From PVC group bacterium (lineage in GTDB: Bacteria; Omnitrophota; Gorgyraeia; B26-G9), in NCBI GenBank assembly GCA_024231215.1, contig JAAEQR010000072.1, positions 257,210-321,209 of the forward strand: 64,000 nt of DNA, written 5' to 3'. Shown piece after piece: positions 18,749 through 30,700 of this stretch. How positions within the stretch are numbered: position 1 is the first letter of the stretch; every line of letters starts with the position of its first letter. The position numbers and the translations under genes are program-made. The notes under the pieces were generated by a model. That model searched no databases, was not told the origin of the DNA, and saw nothing but the letters and a program-made list of their open reading frames with translations.

Positions 18749-21700
18749 ATGGTGACTCGAATATTTCATAGTATAGTCTACTGCGGGCACAAATTATTGC
18801 ACATCTGCAGCGTTGTGCTTCTTCAGCTTTCTCGTCGTACCGCAAAGGGTACGCCTCCGGAAGCTTCAGTCGCACGCCTTGCATCTGCACAACACTTTGT
18901 GTCCTCGCGACGACAATACCATGAAATACCCGAGTTGCGCGCAAATCGAAAATACAAATTGTGGTTTCGAATCGTATCCGCGATACTTGTCCAGGCCTTT
19001 TTGGTTATGGATATCGCTATGGCTTCGGGCGGAGATTTGAGCTGGTTAAAAACACCTAAAAATCTATCCCGTAGTGAAAGTAAAATTTCCCATCTTTCTC
19101 CCACCACAAAAATCGATAAAGGAGTTTTCCGAAACAGCGTTGAATTATGGAGCGCTCTTGCTATAGCAATGAATAGTCCTGATAATGAAGAGCTGCGCAA
19201 GCCTTATGGGATTAGTGTTGTTGATGCCCACAATAGAATAATGTCTATAACGATGGAGAAGGAAGTATTATTTATTTATCGTCTTGATGATGCGCCAATC
19301 GCTTTTAAATTAAACCCCGTTCTTGAAACTACAACTAATAAGATGAGATTGGGTGAATTTGAACTTGCGACAGTACCGATTGAAGAAGTAGTTGAAGTAG
19401 GCGGTGATTTACTTGGATATGAAAGAATTATTACTTCGCAGGAGTTTGCAGAACGCTTAGATGCTTTAAACAGCGCGCCAGAGTTTAATGAAGAAGAGGC
19501 TTTGGAGCTGGTCAGACAAATGATATTAGCGGCTGGGATTACCGGAGAGATTAAAACTATAGGTAGGGATCAATATGCGAAATGGAAGCCGGAGAAATGG
19601 GATGTGCAAAAAGAAGCGACCAAGCTGATGTATAAAGGTTGTGTAGTTAATATGCCGACTTCGGCTGGAAAGACGATTGTATTTAATGCTACAGGGATTT
19701 TACGTAATCTTGCTAATAGATTACAAAAAGATAAGAAACGCGAAGTAACGATTGTGCATACTGAAGAAAATTTGGTAGAAAGAGATGCTATGCAGGCAAG
19801 CAAAGTAAATCAAAAGTTTAAAATGACTACCGGATATGTAATTTCTCAGGATGGAGAACGTAAGGCGTATATTGATAAAAATGGAGAGATGGAGGAGACT
19901 ACAGAGCAAGATTTGTATAAGAATGCAGATATTGTTTATATTCATGTTTACAATTTTGTGCATAGATTTCAAGCTGATTGTTATACCGCTAAAAAGACAG
20001 AAGATATCGCTTTGCTTTGGGGCCAACAGACTTATTTTATGGCTTTTGATGAAGGTGATGTTCCTTTAAAACATCATATGTCTACGCCGAGTGTTCTTTC
20101 CGGTGGTAATGATTTGATAGAGGGAATTAGGAAGATGCGATTGCATTTTGCGAAAAAGACAATGCAGATACAGGAGATTGTTGATGAACTTATTCAGGGT
20201 GATTTGTTAGATCCTGTTACTGGTAAGGCATCTAATAATTATTGTGAAGTACATAAGGATTCAAAGACGGTTAATCTGACCCCGAACGGTAAGGATTGGC
20301 TAAGAGCTAAACTCGAAGGAGTGAAAGAATATACTGAAAATAGGAATACAGAGATGGGAGATTTTGATCTATGGTTAGACTTTACAGAGTTGGCTTTATC
20401 TGCATATCGTTGTTATAAGATGGGTGTAGATTATAAGATAAAGGCTGATGCAAATGGCAATAATCAGATTGTAATTATTGATAAAGATACTGGTATGGAG
20501 TTGCCCGGACGGCGCTGGAGTCATGGTGTGGATATTGCCGTGCGTTTAAAAGAAAACCGTCAGGGAACTGAAAAACTTGAAATCAAACCGGATCAGATGA
20601 TTATTGCTTCAATGATGTTGCCGGAAATTCTTAGCTCTCAATTGGGGCTAGTTTCCGGGATTAGTGCAGCTTCTGCTACAATTGGTGAAGATACGGCCCA
20701 GATGTATGATATCAAATGGAAAAATCTTAGTGATCGTACAGAAGAATCAAAAAGAGAAGAGCGAATTGTAGTAAGTTCTGATCAAAAAACATCAGAACAG
20801 CATGCACTGGATATGATTGAGGTTTTAAAAGCTGGTAGTAAGGTAAAAGACTATATGCAGAAATGGGGCATGCCGGATAAAGATAAAACAGGTGCTGTAA
20901 TTATACGTTGTGATTCGGAACCTGAAGGAGCGAAGTTCACAGATGAGCTTATTCAGAAGACTACTTTAGGGCAAAGGAATATACTCAGAATAAAACGAGA
21001 TGGTACAATCGTAGATGCTAATGGTGAGCAGATAAAAGGGGCGAGTTTGCAGAATTTGGATAGTTTAATTGCAAATGATAGTATAGATAATATCTTAATT
21101 GATTTCAGCTCGGGTAATCAGAATATGTTTACTGATTTGACGGGAGAGAAAAAACTGAAAGATAAAATTGCGACGCTTTCTAAAGATAAGCGGGTTATTA
21201 TTGTCTCCACAAACTTAGTTGGTCGTGGGGTGGACTTTAAAGGTGATAACATGGTGTGTATTTCTTTGAGCTGTGATATTGCCGAAGAAAGTGAAATTCA
21301 GCTTAAAGGACGAGTTGCTCGTGACGGCAGAAAGGGGTACTTTTTTGGTTTTTGGTCGATTCAGGATGAAGTTTTTGTGAAATACAAAAAACTTATTCCT
21401 GACTCCCGGATGCATTTTTCGACAAAAGTAAAAGATGGTAAAACGCATATTTTTACCCTGACTAATGATCCTAAGAAATCAGTAGAAAGTGAAAGGCATA
21501 TTGTAGGAATGAGAGATGTTATTAATGATCATATCCAGCAAATGCGTCGTGAACAGAAAAAATTCGGAGAATCTTTATGGGATCCGGGCGATGATTCTGG
21601 ACATAAAAAGGGTTTTGCCAAAGAATTTGTGGAAAATAGATATCGTGTGCTTGTTCGCGGGCTACAGGGGGTGGGGATCCCTGAATTGGATGATATCTTA

Positions 21701-24700
21701 GGAGAGCTATATTACAAATGTGCACAAATAGAAGGGGAAAAAGGTGATGTTGATCCTGTCACACTTGTTGAAATTTTGGAGAATGATTTTGGAGTAAGTG
21801 GTTTTTCTGAGGAGGAAGCGCAGAGTGTTTTAAATAATAATGATTATAATTTAGAGAGGTCTTTGCATCAAATCCTTACTGAATTATTGCAGGCGAAAAC
21901 CTTAGATGTGTTGGACCAAGAATGGAAGAGCTTTATTACACAAGCAGACTGGATTAAACATCGTTTAGAAAAAGAACCTTCCCGCAAAGAACAACGTGGA
22001 AAAGTACAAGCGCAGCAGATCTATGAAGAAATTAAAAATAAGATAGCAAAAAGTTATGCGCAAACACAAAAGACAATAAAAGAACGTTTGGCAAAAGAGG
22101 TGATTTATCAAGCTGCTGCATTTGCCGGAAAACTCCCCACAGATAAAGAGCTAGCTGATTCTAAGAATGAGAGGGAAAAGGAGCAAGAGAAAGATAAGAT
22201 TCCTTTAATGGATCGTGCTAAACTTTTTCTGGTTAAGTTTATTCCTTCGGCTGTAGTTATGTCTTTAAGTATTATGACAGCGGTTGGGATTGGCTATGTT
22301 TTTAAAATTCTGAGTGTTGAAGGTGTTAAGGGGGTAGCTGCTTTGCCTATAGCCGGAAATATATTTGCTTGGTTTTTAGGGTTAGGTCCAATTATCCTGG
22401 TTACAGTTACGATAAGCACAATATTGATAGCCTGGGCGTTGAATTCCCATATAAAACGTTTGTCCCAGGTTGATTCGACGATTGGAGAGATGGCTGAAAT
22501 AGTTACCCAGGCATCTGAGAAAAAGATAAGTGAAATTGGTATTGTTTCAGCTAAGTCGACTTTACGAAAAGTGTTAACTGTAACAGCTACATTTGCTCCA
22601 TTTGTTGCGGCCATGACGTTATTTTCTTTTATTGCTAGTGTTCCTTTTGTTGGAGTTGTAACGGTACCTATACTTGCTTCTGCGGTGTCTGGGGTTATCG
22701 GGATTGTATCTGCTTCATTACTTTTGTTTTTGTCTCGTAAAGAATTAAAGATAGCTCCTACTGTTCCTGTGGGAGCAGGAGCGCAGTTTATGCGTGGCCT
22801 AATTTCTGGAACAATAACAGTTTTAACTGTAGGGGCATTTCTCTGGGTTTCTTCCTCTGTTCTGACAAATCCTGTTGCCTGGGGTCTAATAATTACCCTG
22901 GCTAGTTCTTTTATTGCTAATAGAATATTTAGAAAAGCAACAAAAGTTCCATCTTCAAATATTTTATTGCCTTTATTGGGATTTGTAACCGGAATAAGCC
23001 TGGGGCTTGGAATTATTTTCGGTGTGGTTCCTTTGTTGGGGGCATCGGTACTTAAAACCCTTCCGGGGGCAATGGCCTCGGGAGCAATGAAAGGTCAAGG
23101 GGTTCTTCAGATTCTGGCATATATGGCGTCAATGTTATTTTCTTTTAAACTAGTTAAATTTACTTTGGCTCAATGGAAGCTATCGGAAAAAATAGCGCGT
23201 GAACCTATTGTAGCAGATGGACAGCCAGTAGTAGATGTGTCAAAACAAAAAAGATTAGCTTACTTGACACGAGCATATACACTTAATGCAAGAATGGTAA
23301 TGATGGGTCTGGGCGCGGTTGTAACATTGGCTTTGTTATTTAATACTGGCTGGCTGGCGTTTCTTGTTAATCTGGGGATTCCGATATGGATATCCCGGGT
23401 TGTTGCGGCATTTCCTGTTTTTGCTGGGGCTATATTTATTGCTTTTCTTACGCGTAATATTCTTGGGGCCAGAAAGAAAGTATTTAATTATTCTTATTTA
23501 AGCAAACGTAGAGTATGGAATTTTGTTAGCCAAAGCGTGATAAATAAAGGTAATAGCTGGAGTTTTTTAACTATCCAAGCACAATTAGAACGTGTCGGGC
23601 TTAAAACATTATCTGAACATATCACTGTCGGTATAGATGATTTTAAAGAACGGGTTGCAGATAGTAAGCATGCTTTAGGTTTAGCGCATGGTATTTTGAA
23701 TAATATGGCTCAGAATAGTGGTATTAATGAGAAAGACAAGCTTATGCAGTTATTTCTTACTGAACTGCAGAATTCTGAGCCTGGGGATGGAAGATTCTTT
23801 TCGCAGAAGGAAATAGATAGTATTATTTCTCAAATGATTGCAAGAAGTCATGACAAATTGCTAAGTAAAAAACAGCGACGAGTGTTTAGAAAAGCAATGA
23901 CAGCTGTTTTGGTGGAAATGGATTTAGCAAAAGTTGGTTTAGCAAGATTGTTACATATCGTTAAAGATCAGGAAAACATAGATAAATTTCTTGATTCTCT
24001 TCTTATGCCTACGATGGGAGTTCCAATGCTTGCCACAGCACCAATAGCTGCGGTAGTGAGTCAGAGTCAACAAGAGAGCAGTCCTTATGATAAGTGTAAA
24101 ATTGATGTAAAAGATATTTCTAAAGATGTTCAAGATTATTATGTATCATTAGCTGAAAAGGCATTTAGGGTGTCTTCAGTTTCTGCAGATGATACGACTG
24201 CTTTTGCTTTAGATTATGATTGGGCTCAACGGATGAAATCATTTCAATCGGAAATGAGAATTACTAGAGCAGAACAACAGGCAGGTGATGAGTTTGCAGG
24301 GCGTATGGAAGCAGCGCATCAGAAAATTAAAAAAGCAGATTCTGAAAAAGAACGAATTGAGGCAAGGCTGGAATTAACCAGAGTAATTCAAGAAGCTGGA
24401 TTATCTGTAATCAAGAATATTGATCTTTCCCCAGAAGAATCTAAAGTTCTAGAGCAGGTAACTCAGAAACTTGAAGTAATAACAACATTAATAAGTATCC
24501 GGGAAAATATGGCGAGGGCTACCTATGATTTTAATCAATGGAGAGAACGCGAAGCAACAGAAGATGAAATAGTTCAATATGAGAAAGAATCAACAAAAAC
24601 AATGGCTGAGTTGCAGGCAGTGTTTGTTAAAAAAGCAAAAAGCGCCAATATAGATCCAGAATCTTCGACTGATGCAATTATAGAGCAGAGAAAAAATATT

Positions 24701-27700
24701 ATTGATTCCCTAGATAAAATCTCTGCATATATCATAATGCGAAAAAATGAAATTAAGACAGCAGACGAAGAAATCTTATCTTTAAAAATGGATAACAGGG
24801 ATCTGAAATTATTAAGACAGGCAGAGGATGCTTTGGATAAAACAGAAGAAGCTAAGGCGTCTGATAGAGATCAAACCTTGTCTCCAAATAAAACTGTGGA
24901 GTCAGATAAAGCTCAGTCAGCACCACCTCCGAAAGAGGAGTCTTCACAGAGACCAGTTGATGGAATTATAGTAAAGCCGGTGCGAGAAGAAGATGAATCT
25001 TTTGCCGGAGGGGTAAGCCGGGGCTTTTTTAATCAGGGCGCTAGTCTGCGAGATATATCGGAAATACTAAAAAGTCAGGATACTTCGGCGGCGGAAACAT
25101 TCAATGCGCTTATAAATTTAGGCGAAGGCCAGAGTGCAAAAAAGGTTGTCATCGCAATGCAAGAAGAAGGTGGCTATTCGGAAGAGGTTACTTTTTCTGT
25201 AGCGGTAGATGTATTGATGGTTAATCGCGGATTTTCTATTGAAGAGACTACCATGATGCTTTCAGATCCAATTGTCTCTGGTCAAAATATGTCTCCGGAA
25301 CAGATGAGAAAATCAAAATTAATTGCTAAGCTTTTGCATGATAAAGATGCTAATAATCAAGATCAATTGCGTAAGGCATTAGATATGTTACTACTTTTAC
25401 CGGGACAGTTGAATGTAACGAAAATGCCTCGACAGTTTGATGAATTTCTAAATCTTACGCCAAGATTGGACGAGAATCATTTAAAAGATAAGATTGCTGG
25501 ATTACGCAGTAAACTTGATAATGGCCAGAAGATAACAGAAAAAGATGTTGCAGAAGCTCATGAGATAGCCCAAGCTGCTTTAAAGACGTTTGCGTTAACC
25601 CAAAAGGCCCAGGAGCGAAAACAACTTAAAAAAGCAGATAAAGTTATAAGCCCAGAGGATAAGATAAAGCAAAAGACATCTCAAGATGATTCGGCTGGAC
25701 TGAGTGAATACATAACCGAAGAACTTACAAAGAGCATATCCGGGCGAAAGATATTGAAAAAATCTGCTAAAGGTATTGAGTATTTTATCCTGGTTAGTAA
25801 AGAGCTTAGATATTTGATCTCCGCAATACGAGCATATCATAGTGATGATATTAAAAGGGCAGAAGAGAATCTCACAAATATGTTCAAGTTAGCTTTTAGT
25901 AATAAAGAGGCCCGCGATTTAGTTTTTGAAGTTCTGGATGATATTGATTATGTTACTGCAAAGGGAAAAGAAATTTACAGTGCGAGAAGTGTCAAGGGTG
26001 AAGACAAAGATGCGCTGATTAAAGAGCTGGTTGAAAAAATTACTGCCGGCAGAGAACATTTTAAAGTTTACTATGATAATCTAAAGACTATTTTACAAAT
26101 TTCTGCGCGTGAGCAGGGGAATGAAGAACAATTAAGACAACAGCTGGAGATTCCGGTCCGGGATATCTTAAAACATTATTTTGCAGAGCAAGAGACGCGG
26201 CAGTATATTCTTAAAATTTTAGATAAAGCAGATATTGTGGGTTCAAAGGAGAAAAAAGCTTTTGCGAAGATAGATAATGTTACGGATAGGAATGCGTTTA
26301 TTGACAAGACAACCGCAATGATTATTACAGACTTGGCATCTCCTGAGAAATTGAAAAAAATGAAAGAAGCTTTATCTACAGTAGATGATTTAATTATAGC
26401 CAGACAGTTGGAAAAGTTGATCAGTACTGATACTAAGAAGGCTGATGCTGTAGCTACTAGTACTCCGGCTGAAATTGCGGTTGAAACTGCTACACATATG
26501 TTACCGCCTAATCTTGCCGAAGGATATAATCAAATTGCCAAACAGCTTGGACTGAAAACTTTAGCTGTCCCGGAAGATTTTCTCGGCCTTCCTATATATA
26601 AACCAACTATACAAGCTATAGAGACTGCAGAAAAAGGTATAACTACTATAGCAAAGAAGATACAACCGGTATTACCAAAGATTGAACCGCAGGGTAAAGA
26701 AAACTGGGAAATGCAGGATCTCTTGGTAATAGATAATTTGCGTAAATTACTCCAGGGCGGGCAGGATTCGACAGGTAGTTTGATACAGACTGGCAAACTT
26801 GAAGAATCTCCGGAAGTTCAGGCAGCAAAGGCGCGATTGCGTGAAGCTATTGCACGCTATGAAGAATTAGATAAGGCTTATTCAGCTGTTAATCGTGAAT
26901 ATAACCGTTATTTTGGCATGATTCAGAGTGGAAAATATTTTATGAGTCTTAAAAAGGCAGTTATTGAACAAAACGCTGTAGCAAAACTAAAATTGCAGTT
27001 GCAAAAACTAAAAGAAGTAGATAGGAAATTCAGAGAAACAGAAAAGCAGTTTATTGAGGATTCGATTGCTGATCTGGATGAAAAAATCAAAGGACTTTCA
27101 GGCCCGGATAGTGCAATAGTTGTAAATGACAAAATGCTTCAGGAAGCATTAGCTAAGCTGGAAGAACAGATCAAGCAAACAGAGGAAGATATTAAGTCAG
27201 CCGGAATAACAATGCAGAAGTTACGTATTTCATTAGCAGATTGGGAGCAGGCAAAACAAGATATCAGGGCAGGCGAAGAGATAAATCTGGCTAAACTGTT
27301 GGGTATGGTAGAAGAATCAGACCGTACCTATGCGAGAAATAAATTACAGGCTTTGGTTGCTGATATTGCTCAGTTAGATGCGGAAAAGGGTAGATTATCA
27401 ATTGATCCTAATCGTACTTTAATTATGACCAATGGTCAGATTAACGCTAATTTGGAGGTAGTTGGACAGGCAGAGCTTGACGAACGGGTCTTAGGGCTTA
27501 TGATTGCGGATAGCACAAAACAATGGACAGTCTATCGATGGGGCAATCGCCTGAGTCTTACACAGTTTGAAGGAGCTCAGACGATTAAGCTTCAACATTT
27601 TGTTTTTGGACAAGATGCACAAAGCATATCAGAGCGGGAGAAGATGTTTAGAGATGCGTTTAGATACTGGAGCAGTCAGATAGAGTGGGCAGAATCTGAC

Positions 27701-30700
27701 ATTAAATATCTTAGACATGACCGTTTTAATGATCCTAGTTTATCAGAGGAAGAAAAGGCAATAATCTTACGGCAAGTAGAGAACTTGGAAGATAAAATGC
27801 AGTTTGCTGTGGATACAATTGAGGATTTGAAAGAAGATCAGAAATACTGGGATCCATCAAAATTAACAGTTGATAAAAGTTTTGCAGAAAAAAAACGGTT
27901 ATCTGAAAGAAAACTAGGATTTGTTCAGAAAAAGGTTGTTTTCTTTAATGATCTTATTCCTCTTTTAAAAGATATGCGTGATTTTGACTTTAATCAGGCT
28001 ACAGAAGGCAGGACTTATTGGCAGACGGAAATAGATGAGAAAACAGCAGAGCTTGGCTTGATCGAAACCGAACTTACTGCTTTACAAGATCAATTGAACG
28101 TGGATCCGAATAATACGACTTTAAGGCAACAGATTGAAATTAAGAGGCATCAGGTTTCCAATGTTTTGTTATATATTGAGTACGCTGAATTATCCAGAGT
28201 ATCCGCTGAAAGTAATTTGCGCTATATTGGTTCATTGGGCGGAACAGAAAATAAGTCAAAGGTAATAGAGCGGTTTGAAACAGTTGCTAAAGCTGGGGAG
28301 GATTATTATTCAGATACAGTTGATTTGCTAAATGAGATGCTGAGCAATCAAACACTGGTGATTGATACAGCTACGGCTTACTGGCAAAATATACGCACAG
28401 AATCAACCCAGCGTTTAGAAGAAATTAGTGGTTATTTAGATCCGAATAATACAGCAACATTAGCGCTTGATCATCCGGATAATCTTTTTAATGAAGCAGG
28501 TATTGCGGTTTCAATTGACCAAAGAATAAGTTTTCAGATAAAAGTATTGGATCCGAATAATACAGAAAAAGATGCACAAGGTAACTATATTTCCGCAGCA
28601 AAATCTAAAGAGCAGGCATTAAAAGAGCAGGCAATCTATCGCCAGAGAATTCAAGCTGAAGTGGCAAAGCCGGAAGAGGAAAGAGATGAAAACCATGAAA
28701 GTCTGTTATCTCTTTGGAAAACAGAGATCGCTAAACGAAATATATATATGCGAAACGCTGACCTGCAAGTCAAAAAAGCTAATATATATTTGGGAACACT
28801 TGCTTTATTAAAAACAGCTTATCAAGCGGAAGAAAATTCTTTAGGAGTATTAATTCCGTTGGTGCGCAAAGAACTTGATACTTTAGCAAAAAATAAAGAA
28901 TATCTTTTGGGCACTTCATCGGAAAGCCCAGAGAGCTTGGTTGACAGGAATATTAGTTTGATTAATGATGAACTGGCTTTTTATCCGATAGCCAGAGAAG
29001 CTGCGGTTAGAAAGTTAGAGTGGTTGGAAAAGACAAAGAAAGACGCTGCAATTATTTTAGGAGAGATTTCACCTGAGAACCAGATAATAGCAGATGACTT
29101 GGCAAAAGAGCACGAAGCAACGAAGCAAGAATTAGAAAAACAATTAGCTAAAATCCAGGAGGCAATACAAGAAATAAATGAAGAAATTAGCAAGGCTGAA
29201 GGCTGGCTGGGAAAACTAAATGATAAAGATCATGATGTGCTGATCCGGCTGCGAGAGACCATGGAAACTCGCTTGAATATATTAGAAGATACTATTAGGC
29301 AAAAAGGAAAATTGCTTTATCAGAGTAATCTGCTTAAAGAGTCTCAACGTCAGATCGCTAGTGAGATGGCGGAACTTCGCAAACTGGGTGTGTTGGATAT
29401 TGCCGTAGCCAATATTGGCGAAGAGCAAAAAGATTCGTTCCCCATGGTTTTGGATAAGAATTCATTAGAAAAGTTAGTACGTAATATTCTGAATGATCCT
29501 AATCGGCCGCAGGATTTGGTAAAGGCAGCTGCCGGAGATCTTTCCTTGGACAATGCAAAGGGTATTCTGCAGAAAGTTGGACTGCACCTAAAACGGTTTA
29601 GTTTTGGTGAAGATTATTATATTGTAACGCATATTGCCAGCGGGGAGTATCAGGAGATGTATCTAAGGCTGGGCAACTTTTTTGGATCTGGAGAGCATGT
29701 AAAGATAAGCCCGTTTATTTATACGGTAATGGCGGATGAACCGCGGCGTGGAGCAGAAGGTATTGGATTGGTTATGGATGTTGATCCTCAAAACATGCCG
29801 ATTCATTACGGGTTAATAGTGGATGTTTATAAGCCTAAGTATCAGGAAGTTGGTTATGATTATACTTTAACTGAAGAAAAGACCCGTTTGATGATTACCC
29901 AGGACTACACGATGCTTATGGTTCCGGAACAGGATGATAAGGGTAAGCCTACGGGTGAATATAAAGCGTTTCTCGGCGCAACTATGTTTGCGGATATGCC
30001 GATGAATATGAAATTTCAGGAAGATATATCTTCTTTTGGCGGAAGCGTACGCGGAGATTTAAAACTTACCGAGGCATTTAAACTTAGAGCGGATTTGAGC
30101 GCTATTCTTTTAAGAGATCCATATGATGAAAATTTCGAATGGCAGTTTGGAGATCTCATGTTCCCGGATAGTATCAAGAAATATAAAGCTTCTGTCCAGG
30201 GACAGGAAATGCAGCTGCTTTCTGAACGGCTGGCTTTAGAAGTAGATATGTGGAAACTGCTCAAAAAAGAAGGTAAAAAAGATGAATTTACGATGCAGTT
30301 TTTCCTGCAGCATGAAGACAATACAGAAGGTTATACTCAGACTTCTTTTGGGGCAGGACTTACCAAGGCCTTTGCTTGGAAATTAGTACAGCCAATAGAA
30401 ACTAAGGTTGTATTGGAAGGTGCGGTTGGATCTGAAACAGAAGATATTAAAATTGGTATAGACAATCGCATTGGCGGTGATGATGGCGTTGATGTTTCCT
30501 TGTCCGCTAAACTCCGGGGTGAAAATCGCAGTTATCTGGCTAAAGTATCTAAGGATGTTTTTGGTGTAAATATGGCGGTGACTTATGGAGATGAATATGG
30601 GCGGGGAGAGCCTGTTTTTGGATTTGAAGCTGGCCAAACAGTTAGTAAGGAAACCGTAATTGCAGATTCAATAGATGCAAGAGATGCGGGGAAGGATATT

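Noticed and set aside
18729-19200. Overlapping small ORFs at the giant gene start (18729-18944, 18813-19040, 18823-19200)
   Set aside because: Explained by the GC-richer, stop-poor palindromic insertion.
19640-22100. Calling this the housekeeping secA gene
   Set aside because: It is a divergent internal domain of a 10,730-aa ORF with an altered Walker A motif, so no gene symbol was assigned.
28100-28570. Three copies of GATCCGAATAATAC (DPNNT) as a CRISPR or tandem repeat
   Set aside because: Only 14 bp, irregularly spaced and in-frame within coding sequence. No CRISPR array, tRNA or rRNA was recognised anywhere in the window.
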